From: Cyanophora paradoxa CCMP329
Lineage: Eukaryota; Plantae; Glaucophyta
Reading direction: 5' to 3'
Length of the DNA: 64,000 nt
NCBI GenBank assembly: GCA_004431415.1
Contig: QPMI01000224.1
Location: 1-64,000 of the forward strand
Shown: piece after piece, positions 11,337 through 23,900 of the stretch
Layout: every line of letters starts with the position of its first letter
Numbering within the stretch: the stretch's first letter is position 1
Program-made: the position numbers and the translations under genes
The notes under the pieces: model-generated
What the model was told of the DNA's origin: nothing
The model's input: only the letters and a program-made list of their open reading frames with translations
Database searches by the model: none

Positions 11337-12459
11337 GGGGGGGGAGGGGGGGGGGCACCTGCTGGACGTCGAGGCCGGCGCTGACGAAGCGGACCTCGCG
11401 GAAGCAGCGCCGCGCGAAGGAGCCTTCCTCGGAAAGCCGCAGCGCCTCGCGCACCTCCTGCGCCCCCCGCTCGCGCCGGCGGGGCCCGGGGCGGCAGCGG
11501 CTGCGCGGCGCGCACGGGCTCGATCCCAGGCTCCTCGCTCAGGTCCCGCACGTAGTGGAAGATCAGGTCCGCCGGCGGCCCGTACCTGCCGGCCCCCGCC
11601 CCCCGCCTCGCCTCGCGGCGCGACGGGGCGGGGGGCGGCGCACCGGTCGCCGGGGCGGCAGGGGAAGAAGTGGTCGAGCTGCCACTCGCGGAGGCCCTCG
11701 ATGAGCAGGGGCACCAGGTTCTTGTAGAAGGGCACGATCACCGCGAAGGCCCTCCGGCCCCGCGCCGCCCCCGCGTACTCCCCGCTCCACCCCGCGAACG
11801 GCCTGTGCGGGCGCCGCGTGAGGGGCGCCCCTGGGGCCGGGGCGGGGCGGGGCGGACCGGTGCCGGGAGTGCGGGAGGGCGGCGAAGTTGCCGAGCGCGG
11901 CGGCCTCCTCGAAGCTCGAGCCGCGTGTGACCCCCACCGCCGGCCCCCGCCCCCCCTGCCCTCCATCCCCGCCCTCGCCGCCCGGCGCGGGGGCCGGCTC
12001 GGAGAGGAGGCCGCCAGTCGCCTGCAGCTCGAGCTCCAGCGCCTCGAGGCCGCGCCGCAGCTCGAGCGCCGGCGGCACGACGAGGATCGAGTCGTGGTCG
12101 ACGAGCGCGTCGCCCGCCACCGCCGCCGCCGTCGGCTCCCAGTGCACGAACTCCACCTGCACGCCCTCCAGCTCCCCGAGCTCCGCGCTGCCCGGCTGCT
12201 CCTCCCGCGCGTAGATGACGATTACCGCTCCGGCGCCGTGCGCGTGCAGGGAGCCGACCAGGTTTCGCACGAGGTCGTCGCCCCGGTCACCTCGCGGCAG
12301 CCAGGTCACGACGCTCGGTCGCAGATGGAGCCGCCGCGGCTGCTCGGCAGCTGCCGACGACACGCAGATGCATATCGCCACCAACGCGAGCCACCGCGCG
12401 CACGCTCGGGGCGCGCGGGGCCGCGGACAGCGCCGCGGCCTGCCCGTCCTCGGTGCCAG
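10624..12459 (-). CDS. Secretory-pathway protein with a DxD motif, putative GT-A glycosyltransferase; start uncertain (candidate CUG)
   Basis: Signal/anchor RWLALVAICICVSSAAA. Then FAVIVPFY, RCFREVRFVSAGL, YDYYFLMDTDVKAVRRDWLD, FWMMGSI, VLNGNAIY, FDV, GDFVQHW and HPATFLVHG. Seven short introns join these blocks in frame. Confidence 0.65.
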
Positions 12460-12867
12460 GCTGGCGGCAGGCCCAGCGCCGAGATGCGTGCTCTCGCAAC
12501 GCTCCGAAGCTCCGATTGCACTGCAGCTTCAGGCTCGCTGTGCTGTTACAGCGCTGTACCGATGCTGGACTTCTGCAGTGAAGTAGGTCGTTGTGCGTCT
12601 CCCGAACTTTCTGCGCACGCCCTGACCTTGCACTCTTGCACTTTTGTGACGCCTTGGCCGTGGGTGCGCGGCAAAAAACGTGGGGTCTTTTTGTACTTTG
12701 ATCTGAGGCAAACTCAACAAACTAGAAAACGCGTCACTCGTCACAACCTCTACCCCGCTCAGCCTGTCACGAAAAAGGGAATTAAAATAATTCCGCGCGG
12801 CGCGGAGGGGGGGACTTTTTGAACGTGCACCGGATCAAACCGCGCAGCTCGCACCCAGCAGCCTTAG

Positions 12868-13425
<558 letters not shown>

Positions 13426-13445
13426 AGCCTCTGGTTCCTTCCTAC

Positions 13446-13462
13446 GGTGTTTTCTAAACACC
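13446..13462 (+). terminator. Histone 3' stem-loop-like element GGTGTT-TTCTA-AACACC
   Basis: Perfect 6-7 bp stem starting GG and ending CC with a U-rich loop, 20 nt after the H3 stop. Confidence 0.65.
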
Positions 13463-14127
13463 TCTTTCTCCTCTTCCACCCGAGAAGCGCGTGTTCTTCC
13501 TGGGCGCGCGCGTTCACCCGGGCTTGGGGACTGGGCAGCTTCGGCTAGCAACTGGGGACTGGGACTGGGCTTGGGGAATCGCTGTGCCTTCAGCTAGCAT
13601 CTGATTGGAAGAGCGCGTTCCCACGGACTATCTCTCCTGGTGCTCGTTTTGTTAAGACATTCGTTTTGTACTGATAGCCACAAGCTGTCGTGCTTTATAC
13701 TTCCACCCGGCGACAGTGCAGGCGATTGATCCCTTTGGATCGTGATGTCCACAGCTCCAGCGCCGCCCCTTCGTCGTTGCGGCTCCTCTAGCAAGCCTTG
13801 GGGGCGGGGGGAGCCCGCACCCGCCTGGTAGAGCAATAGACTTCGATTTCGAGCTTCGGTTTTTGATTTCGATCTCGTCAGTTTGCCAATGATGTCCAGA
13901 TTCCAGATGCCGTAGATCGCGTCTGAAATGCCACCTGCCTACTAATATTTCGGTTTCCAATTTGTTCTATTGCTGTTAAAATAGTTCCCAGTGCCCCCAA
14001 TTGTAGAATTCTTCCCCATCTATCCAGAATAGAGTTTCCAGTGGCCCCATCCGTCCAATTTCCATCATACTCGAGGGCGGGCAGCTGCCTAGCAAGCCAA
14101 AAAGATCTGTAAATTGAAGGTTCAAAG

Positions 14128-17100
14128 TCACTGCTCTCTTTCTTGCACGCTGCTGTGATCCCTGTCCCTGAGCGGCTCGCTATCTAATGCGGGTGTTCTA
14201 CTTCTGCTTGAATGAGGAAGCCGATAATCAATTTGGCCCTGGCCCGGGCCGTCCGGGGACGCGAGGTCGAGCGTGGGCTCTTTCGGTGCCTCCCGGACAA
14301 CGTCCCTCAACGCTTGCAGCTGCGTCCCCATGTCGCTGCTGCGCCGCCGGACGACCAAGAATGCCTTCATTGTGCCCTTCACCGTCTCTATGGTTCGGGC
14401 CTGAAGGAATAGTTTCAGCTGCGCGGGAAGCGCGCGAAAGTCGGGGAGCGACTGCGAGCTGGCGACCACGCGCCTCGGTCTCAAAAATGTACTTGACCCT
14501 CTCGTATGTTGAGGAGGAGATCTGGACGCGCCCTGCGGCAATGGCGAGGCAGTCAGGTCGACGTCCAAGCTGTCGAGGGGCGAGCTTGTGCCGGACCGGG
14601 GACGCCGTGCTGCTCGAGCAAGTTGGCCGTCGCGACGCTGTCGCCGTAGACGTCCCACGCGATCTTCCGCGTCGCGATCACGCCCGTCACCACGGACCCC
14701 GTGTTCACCCCGGCCCTGCCCCGCCGCCCGTCACGGGCCGCACGCTGCAGGCCGCAGGGCGCGGGGGGCGGGGGGCGGCACCGGAGGAGCAGCTCGAAGC
14801 CGACGCGCGCGGAGACGTCGCGCATGCCGCGCAGCACCTCCAGCGCGAAGTCCACCTGCGCGCCCCCTCAAGGGCCTCCCGCGGGGCGGGGCGGGGCGGG
14901 GCGGGGCCGGCCATGAGCTCGGGCCCGTGGGGGGCGCGGATGAAGTAGAATGCGGCGTCGCCGATGAGCTTGACGCGCTCGATGCGGCGGAAGCGCTCCT
15001 CCTCGTTGACGGCGTCGAAGTGGAGGAAGACGGCCTGCACGAGGGCCACCGTCTGCGCCGGCGTCATGCTCGAGCTCCGCTTCGTGAAGCCCTGCCGCGG
15101 GGGCCCCCGTCGGCGTCGGCGCGAAGGGGCGGGGGCGGGGGCGGGGCCCTCCGGCGCACGACGAGGTCGAAGAAGAGTAGCGAGGCGTCGTCGACGCTGT
15201 CGGCGATGAGCTGCTCACCGGCCTTGAGGCGCCCCGCCACGTCCGCGGGGACCATCGCCAGCAGCAGCGCGTCGGCGCGCTCCATGGCGCCCCGCAGCGC
15301 CGCCTCCTCCTCCAGCCGCCGCCGCACGTCGCGCGCCACGAGCACGAAGAAGGGCTCCCCGCCCTCCGCCGCCACCCCGCGCCCCAGCGAGACAGTCGCG
15401 GGGAAGCGCGCCCCGTCCCGCCGCACCGCCTCCACCGGCGCCGCCGCGCCGCACGCCGCCGGCAGGCCGAGCTCGAGGCAGGGCGGGTCGTCGGGGGCGG
15501 CGCCGGGGGCGGGGGAGGGGAAGGCGTCGGGGTCGGAGACGCGGAGGGCGGGGAGGAGGTCGCGTGCGGGGCGGCCCTCCATCTCCTCGCACGCCCCGAA
15601 CCCGAACGCCTTCGCCGCCGCCGCGTTCGCCCGCTGCCGTCCCCCGCCCCGCACCGTCGCGCCCAGATCGAGGAGCGAACGTCGGCGCAGGGCGGGGGCA
15701 CCTGGACGATGCCGCCGGCGTCGAGGATGAGGGTCGGGTCTGCGGGGCGCGCCGGCGTCGGAGGGCGGCCGCGGCGTCAAGGGGGGCAGAGGGGAGGCGG
15801 GGCGGGACCGAGGGAGGCGGCGAGGAGGGACTTGGACTGCTGCTGGACGGCGGCGAGGGCCGAGAGGGGCTCCTCCCGCCCCTCCCCGTCCCCGGCGTCG
15901 CGCGGCAGGAAGGGCGCGGCGGCCGGCAGGCGCCGCAGGCTCTCGTAGGGCACGTGCAGCAGCATCGTCCCGTCCGACGCGAAGGCGCCCCACATGCGCT
16001 GGATGCTGGGGAGGAGCGAGGCGAGGTAGAGGGCGAGGATGAGGGCGAGGGCGAGAACGAAGAAGAGGGAGACGAGGCCCACGACCCGCTCCGCCCCCCG
16101 CTCCGCCTCCTCCAGCACTGCGCCCCCGGCCCCGCTCGCCCCCGCCCCGCCCGCCCCGCCCGCCCCGCCCGTCCCGCCCGCCCGCCGCCAGCCCGCCGCA
16201 CCGGCGACGGCGAAGGCGTAGGAGGGCTCGACGGCCGCGTTGCCCGTCTCGAAGAGGGGCTCGCTGAAGAAGGGCCCCGGCGCCTCCGCCGCCTGCCGCG
16301 CCAGCGCCGCCACCGTCGCGTACTGCGCCGCGTCAGCCGAGGGGTGCGTTGGGGGAGGCGGCGGGGCGCGGGCCTGCGCGGCGAGCTCCGCCGGCATCGC
16401 GTTGACGGGGGTTGAGATGCCGGGCCCTCCGAAGAGGAGCGTGCTGAGCGCCTGCGCGGGGAGGAGCCGGGTCTGCGCGGGGCGGGCGGGCGAGGCCGGC
16501 GGGGCGGGCGGGCCGTGCGGAAGGAGGCGAGGACGGCGCGGAGGGCGGCCTGGATGGCGGGGGCGCCGCCGGGCCAGACGAGGCGGTCCTCGAGGGCGAG
16601 CTCGAGGGCGAGGAAGGCCGCCGCCTGCACCGAGTAGCGCAGCCGCGCCACCTGCGAGCGCCGCCCCGTCGCCGCCCGCGGCGCGCCCCGCCGGCCGGCG
16701 CGAGGGCGCACGGCGCCGGTGACGTAGGTGAGGCGGATGCCGACGGGGACGAAGCGGAGGATGACCGCGAAGGAGCCGGCGGCCAGGGCAAGGGCGACGG
16801 CGGCAAGGAGGGCGTAGCGCAGGACGACCCGCCGGGCCCGCCCCGCCGAGCGGTCGAGGCGGCCGGAGAGCACCTCGAGCCCGCCCGCCGTCGCAGCCGC
16901 CGCATCTACCAGCTCCCCGGCCTCCGCCTCGGCCTCCGCATCGCTCGCATCGGCTTCGCCGGCCGCGAGCGCCGGCGCCGCCTCCGCCCCGCCGGGCGAG
17001 CCGGTGGAGCGGGCGGGGCGGAGGTGCGGCGGGGGGGCGCTGCGGGCGCTCGGGGGGCAGCGCCTCGCGCTGCAGCAGCGGCGCCATCGCCTCGGCGCGT

Positions 17101-20100
17101 ATGCGCCGCACGACGGGCTTCGGGACCTGCGGGAGGCCGGGTTGGCGGGGCGGCGGCGCGGGGGGCGGCGCGGGGGCGGCGCGGGGCGGGCCTCGAGGAA
17201 GATGGCCATGGCGGAGCGGCGGGTGCGCTTCACCAGGAGCACGGCCGGCAGGATGAGGCAGAGGCTGCAGAGCAGCACCGCCGCAACCGACGCCGCGAAG
17301 AGGCCGGCCGCCGCGCCGCGCAGGCCGCGAAGGCGCTGGACCTGCCGTCCGGTCGGGGGGCGGGGGCGGGGGACGGGGCGGGACGGGGCGGGGGCGGGGC
17401 GGGGGGACCGTGTCGTTGCGGAAGGCGAAGGCGACGGCGGTGTAGGCGTCGGGGAGGGCGACGGCGGTGTTGGCGAAGAGGAAGAAGACGCGCGGCTCGG
17501 GCGGCGCGGCCGCCAGCCGCTCCTCGCTCGAGGCGAGCAGCGTCTCGCCGGCCTGCGCCACCGCCTGCGCGCCGCGTGAGGCGGCGCGCCGCGGCGGAGG
17601 CCCCGGGCGCACCGCGATGCCGGCGAAGAGGGTCGAGTTGCGGAGGAAGGGCACGGGCTCGCCCTCGGTGATCGCCCGCACCGTGAACGGGGTCTGCCAC
17701 AGCTGCGGAAGACTCACGATCACCGGCGGCTGCTGCAGGGACGGGGCCGGCGCGGACCTCGTGCCTAGCGACGATGTTCTCGTTCTCGTTGTAGAAATAC
17801 GCGAGGCTGGTGTTGATGATGTGCGCGCACTCGCGCAGGCCAGCGGCGGCGCGGGCGCGGGCGGCGGGGCCGACGAAGGAGGGGGGGATGCGGGGCGGGG
17901 GGGCGGGGAGGGCGGCGAGGGCGACCTCGCGGGCGTGCTGCCCGACGCAGGCGACGGCGTAGCGCACGGGGGCGTCGCTGAGAGAGACGGCGAGGCGGCT
18001 CTGGTAGGCCACCAGCCGCGAGCGCGTCTCCCCGAAGGTGGCCGCCGAGAGGGCGAGGAGGGCGACGACGGAGATGAGCGCCGCGGCGTGCAGCGCGAGA
18101 AAGGCCCGCCGGTAGCGCGCCTGCAGCCGCCCCGCCACCGCCAGCTGCTGCGCCCCCGCGCTCGTCCGCCACTGCCCGCCAGGTCGCGGTCAGCGGCGCG
18201 CGGCGGCGGGTGGGGACGGGGGCGGGGCGGGGCGGGCGGGCCCGGGAGCGGAGCTCGCGCAGACGGGAGGAGATGGGCCGGCTGGAGGGTGCCCGGCTCC
18301 GCGCCCCCGCCGCGCCCTCCTCGCCGCTCCCCTCCAGCGGCCGCCCCCGCCGCGTGCTCGGCACCTGCGCGCGCGTGCCGTCAGCGCCGCGATGTGCCGT
18401 CAGCGAGCTGTCTGACCCGCTGACGCCGGCTCCGCTGCCCGTCGACGTTCTCGCCAGCCGCGTCGCCCTGCGCGGCCTCCTCCTCGCGCGCCGCCTGCCG
18501 CTCGCCGCGGCGGGCGTTGGTGCGGCGCTGCTCGACGATGTTCTCCGCGCGCGCGGCCGTGCGGGCCGCCCCCTCGAAGTCTGCGGCGCGTCAGTGGGAC
18601 GCGCGGGGCAAGCGCTGCGGGGCGCGCCGAAGAGAAACTGCTGCTGGAAGGAGGCGTAGCGGAGGAGGACGCGGGAGGAGCCCGGCGTGGCGCGCAGCAG
18701 CTGGCGGTACAGCCTGCGGGCGCCCCCTCAGCGGGGCGGGGGCAGAAGGGCGGGGCGGGGCGGGGCGGGCCCGGCGGCGCGCTGCTTGGAGGCCTCGACG
18801 GCGGAGGAGCGGGCGGGGAGGTCGCCGAGGAGGCGGGCCTCCTCGGAGGGCCCCCCGGCGGCCCCCGCGGCCCCGAGGGCGAGGAGGGCCGTCCAGAAGG
18901 CGGCGGTGCGGACGGCGGCCTCGCGCTCGGCGGCGGCGATCTCGTCGAGGAGCTCGGAGACGGAGCCGCCCTCCTCGCCCCACGCCTCCCGCTCCGCCCC
19001 GCGGCGCCGCTCGAGGAAGTAGACCTGCCAGGCGACGCCCGGCGTCCCGTGCAGCTCCCGCGCCTTCCGCGCCATCGCCTGCGCCGCCCTCGCCGCCCGC
19101 GCGTGGGGCCGGCGGGGCGGGCGGGCGGGCCGTGGAGAGGGCGGCGAGGGCGGGGCGTCGAAGAAGAGGGCGGCGACGCGGGCGGGGATGCGCGCCGACT
19201 CGGGGCGCCCCTCCCACGCCCGCTCCGCCACCTCCAGCGCCTCCTCCGCCGCCCCCGCCACCCCGCGCCCCTCGCGCGCCGCCGCCGCCAGCATCGCCCG
19301 CAGCGCGATCTCCACGCACGCCGCCCTGCCCGCCCCGCACCCCCTCACAGGCGTCCCCGGCGCACGCCGCGCGCTGCAGCGGGGCGCGGGGGCGCACGGG
19401 GAGGTGTGGAAGGGGCGGCGGCTGCGGACGCGGGCGAGGGCGAGGGCGACGCGGGCGCGGACGAGGAGGGGCGTGGCGGGGGCGGCGAGGAGGGCGAGGG
19501 CGGCGGCGAGGGGCCAGAAGAGGGCCGGGGAGCAGCCGCCCGAGGCGGCGCAGGGGAGGGCGAGGGCGGCGAAGGCGAGGGTGGCGGTGCAGGCGTAGGC
19601 GCCGGCGAGGAGGGCGGAGCGGCGGGGCGCGGGGAGCCAGAAGAAGTAGAGGGCGGCGTGCGCGGCGGCGGCCGCGAGGCCCAGCGCCGCCCGCAGCACG
19701 GCCCGCTCCCGCGAGAAGAGCAGCAGCAGGAGCAGCAGGAGCTTCGCGGCGAGGAAGAAGGAGGAGGGCCGCAGCGTGGAGCGCGCGAGCGGGGGCGGCC
19801 CCGACGGGCGCGGGTCGGTGACGAAGGCCGTCGCGAGGTACGTGAGAGAGAGGGCGGCGATCGACGCGACGGCGAGCACAACCAGCGGCAGGTCCCCGCT
19901 CGCGAAGCTGCGGGCGGCCCTGAGCGCGGCCGCTCCGGTCGCCGGCCGGCGCGACGAACCACCTCCTGTGCGGCAGCTCGACCAGGCTTCCGCCTCTGCA
20001 GGCTATGACAGGGCCGAAGGCGCCCAGCACGGCCGGCGCCGTAAAGGCGACGACAAGGACAACGATCCAGCGCGCCGCAGTCGTCAGGGCTGCTGCGGTT

Positions 20101-20610
20101 GGGCGCGCAGAATGCCTCGCGGGGCGCGGGGCCGCTGGCGCACCGGAGGACAAAACCCGCGGCGGGTCGACGAAGAGGAAAACGTAGAGCAAGACGAGAA
20201 CGACCATTAGGGTGCCGAAGCAGACCCAGAAAAGGGCGAGGTACCCTGACCAGGAGCGGAACGCTGGGCGAAATTGAAGAAACCAAAAAAGCGCGTCGAA
20301 GGAACTCGTCTGCGACGCCGCTCCCGCCAGAACGAGCGCCGCGAGCTGCAGCCGATCGAGTGCCCGTGCAAGGGACATCCCGATGAGCCACGCCACGCCG
20401 GGATCGTCGACGAGGAGGAAGAGCCTCTGCGCAGGGTTGCGTACGTCGGCCCATCGCGTCCCCAGGCATAGCGAAGCGTCGACGCACCGCGAAGAGATAA
20501 GCGGGCACCCTCCGTATGCGTGAGAGGAGACGCGTTCGCCAGGAAAGGGCCTCTGACGCGCCTGTGGAGTGCGCGCCCGTCGGCGCTGATGCGCCGAACG
20601 CGCTTCTCAT
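14128..20610 (-). CDS. Large polytopic membrane protein (TmcB/C-like TM and helical region) with PAS domain and C-terminal class III nucleotide cyclase domain
   Basis: Many hydrophobic segments at 19.5-20.4 kb and 16-18.1 kb. PAS: DAGGIVQ|..NAAAAKAFGF...EAVRRDGARFPATVSL...FVLVARDV. Cyclase: ADALLLAMVPADVAGRLKAGEQLIAD, SLLFFDLV|GFTK, ERVKLIGDA, RAGVNTGSVVTGVI, WDVYGDSV, G|RVQISSSTYE. Confidence 0.85.
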
Positions 20611-20942
20611 GTGCTTCGCAGTGCGTAGCAAGCCTACATGACCCTGCTCCGCCGGCCGGCGACTCGGCGGCGAGTACGAGGCTTTGCGAACGTAGAGGCG
20701 ACGTATCCCCTGCCCTTCAGCTTCCCCCTCCAGACCCCAAGCATTGCAAACTGACCGTCGGACGAGCTCGAGCTAGGCTGGGCGGCCGGCGCGCAGTTGA
20801 AAGAAGAGTGTCGTGGTTGACGGTAACTACACAGCTGCAGTGCGCCGGGCGGCGCGTGGCCCCAACTGCAAGGGGGCAAACTACGAAAAGGCCCGAGGCG
20901 GCGCCACGAAGGGGCCGAGGGCCGGGGAGCCGCGGAAAGGCG

Positions 20943-23900
20943 CTAGGGGAGGGCGGCGGCCTCGTGGAGGAGGCGGGTGAGGGGCCCCCAGTGGCCGGCC
21001 TCGCGGAGCTGGTCGAGCCGCTTGATCACCTCGAGCAGCCGCTGGATGTCCTCCATCGAGTCTGCCGCGAAGGCGCGCGGTGAGGGGCGGGTGCGCGTGG
21101 CGCGGGGTCTGGGGCGGTGCACGGGCGGGGCGCACCGGAGACGGCGGCGGCGCGGATGCGCTGCGTGAGGCGCTCCCGCACGCCCCAGAAGAACTCGTCG
21201 CTCACGGGGCCCGCCGCGGGGCCCTCCGGCGGCCCCGGCGGCTGCGGCCCGCCGGGGAGGAGGCCCGGGGGCGGGCGGCGACGCCGGGGAGGGGCGCGGT
21301 GCGGAGGCGCTGGCGGGCGTGGTCGCGGGCCGGCATCGGCCGGTGCACCGCCTCGTCGCACTCCGCGCACAGGTGCCGAGCGCAGTCCGCGCAGTGCACC
21401 CGCGCGTGGTGCGTCCCGCACCCCTCGCACACACGCGCCGGCCCAGGCCCCGGCATGGGACCTGGCCCGCCCGCTGCCCCTGCGGGGGGCCGCCGGGGGC
21501 GTGGCGGGCCCCCTGCCGAGGGAGGCGGCGAGGGGCGAGGCGCGGAAGGGGCTCTGCGGGGAGTAGCCGGCGCCCATGGCGCGCTGCGCGGGGCCCACGG
21601 CCACCTCCAGCGAGCCGCCCGCCTGCAGGCCCGCGCCCCGCCCCTCCCCTGCAGGCCGCCCCGTCACGCGCGGCGGGGCGCCCCGGCGGGGCCGGCGGGC
21701 CGGGGCGGGGCGCACCGACGAAGGGGGAGTGGGCGCGGAAGCGGACGCCGGTGGCCGGCTGGAGGACGGGCCCGTGCAGGGGCGGCTGCTGCGGGGGCGG
21801 GGGCCGGGGTGGAGCGCGTGGGGCCCCGGGAGGCTGTGCGGGCGGGGCGGGGCGGGGCGGGGCCGGCTCGTCCTCCTCGGAGGTCGTGCTGGTCTCCGTG
21901 GCGCGCTCCTCGTCGTCGTCGCTCGACGAGCTGCTGTACGCCTGCGTCGGCCGGATCACCTCCGCCGTCTGCCGCCCCCGCCCCCTCAGCCCCGCCCCCG
22001 CCCCGGCCCCCACGCCCCGGGCCCGCACCTCCGAGAAGCTCACGCGCGGCCGCGTCATCCGCCCGGGGGCCGCGGGCTGCGGCGGCGGCGGGGCAGGGGG
22101 CATGGGCGGGGAGGGCTGGAGGCTGCGGGGCCGGGGCGGGGAGGGCGGGCGGGCGGCGGGGTGCGGGGCGTGGTGGTGGTGCTCGTGGTGGAACCGCAGC
22201 GGCGGCGCCGAGCCCGCCAGGGGCGTCCCCTCCGCCCCGAACGCCCGCGCCGTCCCCGCGAAGGGCCGGGCGGGGGCGCGAGGGGCGCGGCGGCCTCGCT
22301 GTAGGGCCCCGGGTCCGCGTGGAGGGGCGGCCCTCGCTCGAGCGGCGCCTCCTGCGGCGGCTGCAGCAGCGGCGGCGCCGCCCCCGCGCCGGCGAGCAGC
22401 GGCTCTGGCGGCGGCGGCGCCGGCGCGGCCATCGGCGTCGGCGCGTACGTCGGCGGCTGGTAGTAGTGGACGGGGTACGAGGCGGCGGCGAAGGGGGTCC
22501 CGAAGGGCGCCGCCGGGGCTGGGAGGGCGGGCCCGGGGGGCACATGCGGGGCGGGGAATCCGCGGGAGGCAATGTGCGTCGCCGAGCTGCTCGACGGCAC
22601 GGGGGCGGCGGCGGGCAGGGGCGCCGCGGGGGGGAGCAGCGGGGCCTCAGCCGCCGGGGGGATGAAGGCGGGGGTAGGTGAACGTGCGCGAGGGGCGCGG
22701 CGGGGGCTAGCGAGGGGGCGCGGGCGTGCAGGGGCGGCGCTGCCGAGTGCAGGGCGCCGTGGAGCGGGGCGGCGGGGCCGGCGAGGGGCGGCGTCGGGGG
22801 CACGAGGGGCGGCGTGGGCGCCAGGAGGGGCGCCGCAAACGGGTCGGAGGAGCGCCGGCCCGGAGGCGGCACAAGGGGGTCCGAGAGACGGGCGAGGGGC
22901 GCCGGCGAGGGCGGCTCGGCGAGGGGCGCGTGGGCGCTGGCCGAGGCGAGCGAGTCCGGCAGGCTGCGGGAGGAGGAGCGGTCGGGGCCGGCGGCGGCGG
23001 CGGCCTCAGCGGCAAGGGCGCGCGACGCGACCGAGACGACGGGCGCGGCGTTGGGCGCCGCGAGGCCGGCCCCGCCGGTGGAGGCGCGGCCCGAGCCGGG
23101 GGCGGCCGAGGAGCGCGCCTCGGCCCCGACGCTGAGGCCGCGGCTGCTCGGGCCGGCGGCGGAGCGCTGCGGCGGCTCCCGCGAGACCTGCACCGCCAGG
23201 TCGTCTGCGAAAAGGAATCAGCGGCGCCTGAGAGGAGCGGCCGCCCGGCCCCGCCGCGCACCCTTCGCGACGGGTCGCCCGCGCGCCTGCTGGCCTGCGA
23301 GAAAAGGAATGAAGGGGGCGGAGGGGGCGGGGGCGGGGCGGCGGGCACCGGCGGCGCGGGCGAGGGAGCCGACGTCTGAGCTGCTGCGGGCGACGGAGCG
23401 GGCGCCGGCGACGCGCGTCGCGCGGAAGATCGGCGCCGCCTCCTTCGGGTCGATCGGCGGCGGCACGCCCACGATGCCTGCCGCTCGGGGTTGGCGACGG
23501 GGCCCCCGCGGCAGCGCGCCGGCGGGCCGCACCGTTGCCGCAGTTTTTCGGAAGGCCAGAGCGTTGGCTCAGGTACTTCTTGGAGACGCCCTTGTACCGT
23601 GGCGGGTCCGGCAGCCGTGCGGGGAACGTGAAGCGGCCGTGCGCGTAGATCCGCTCGCCGACCAGCGCCGGGCGCTCAGCCGGCGCCGAGATGGGAGCGG
23701 CCGCCGCCGACGCCGGGCGCTGCTCGGGCGCAGGCATCGCGCGGCTCCGCGCCGCATTGACCGCCTCGCCTTGCAGGGAGGGCTGGCGGGACGGGGGCGC
23801 CCCGCCGGCCCGCAGATGCGCGCCGGTGGGGGAGCTGGCGAGGCCGGCGGGGGCGGAGACCTGGCGAGGCACGCCGGCATGCTTCGGGCTGATCCCCGCG

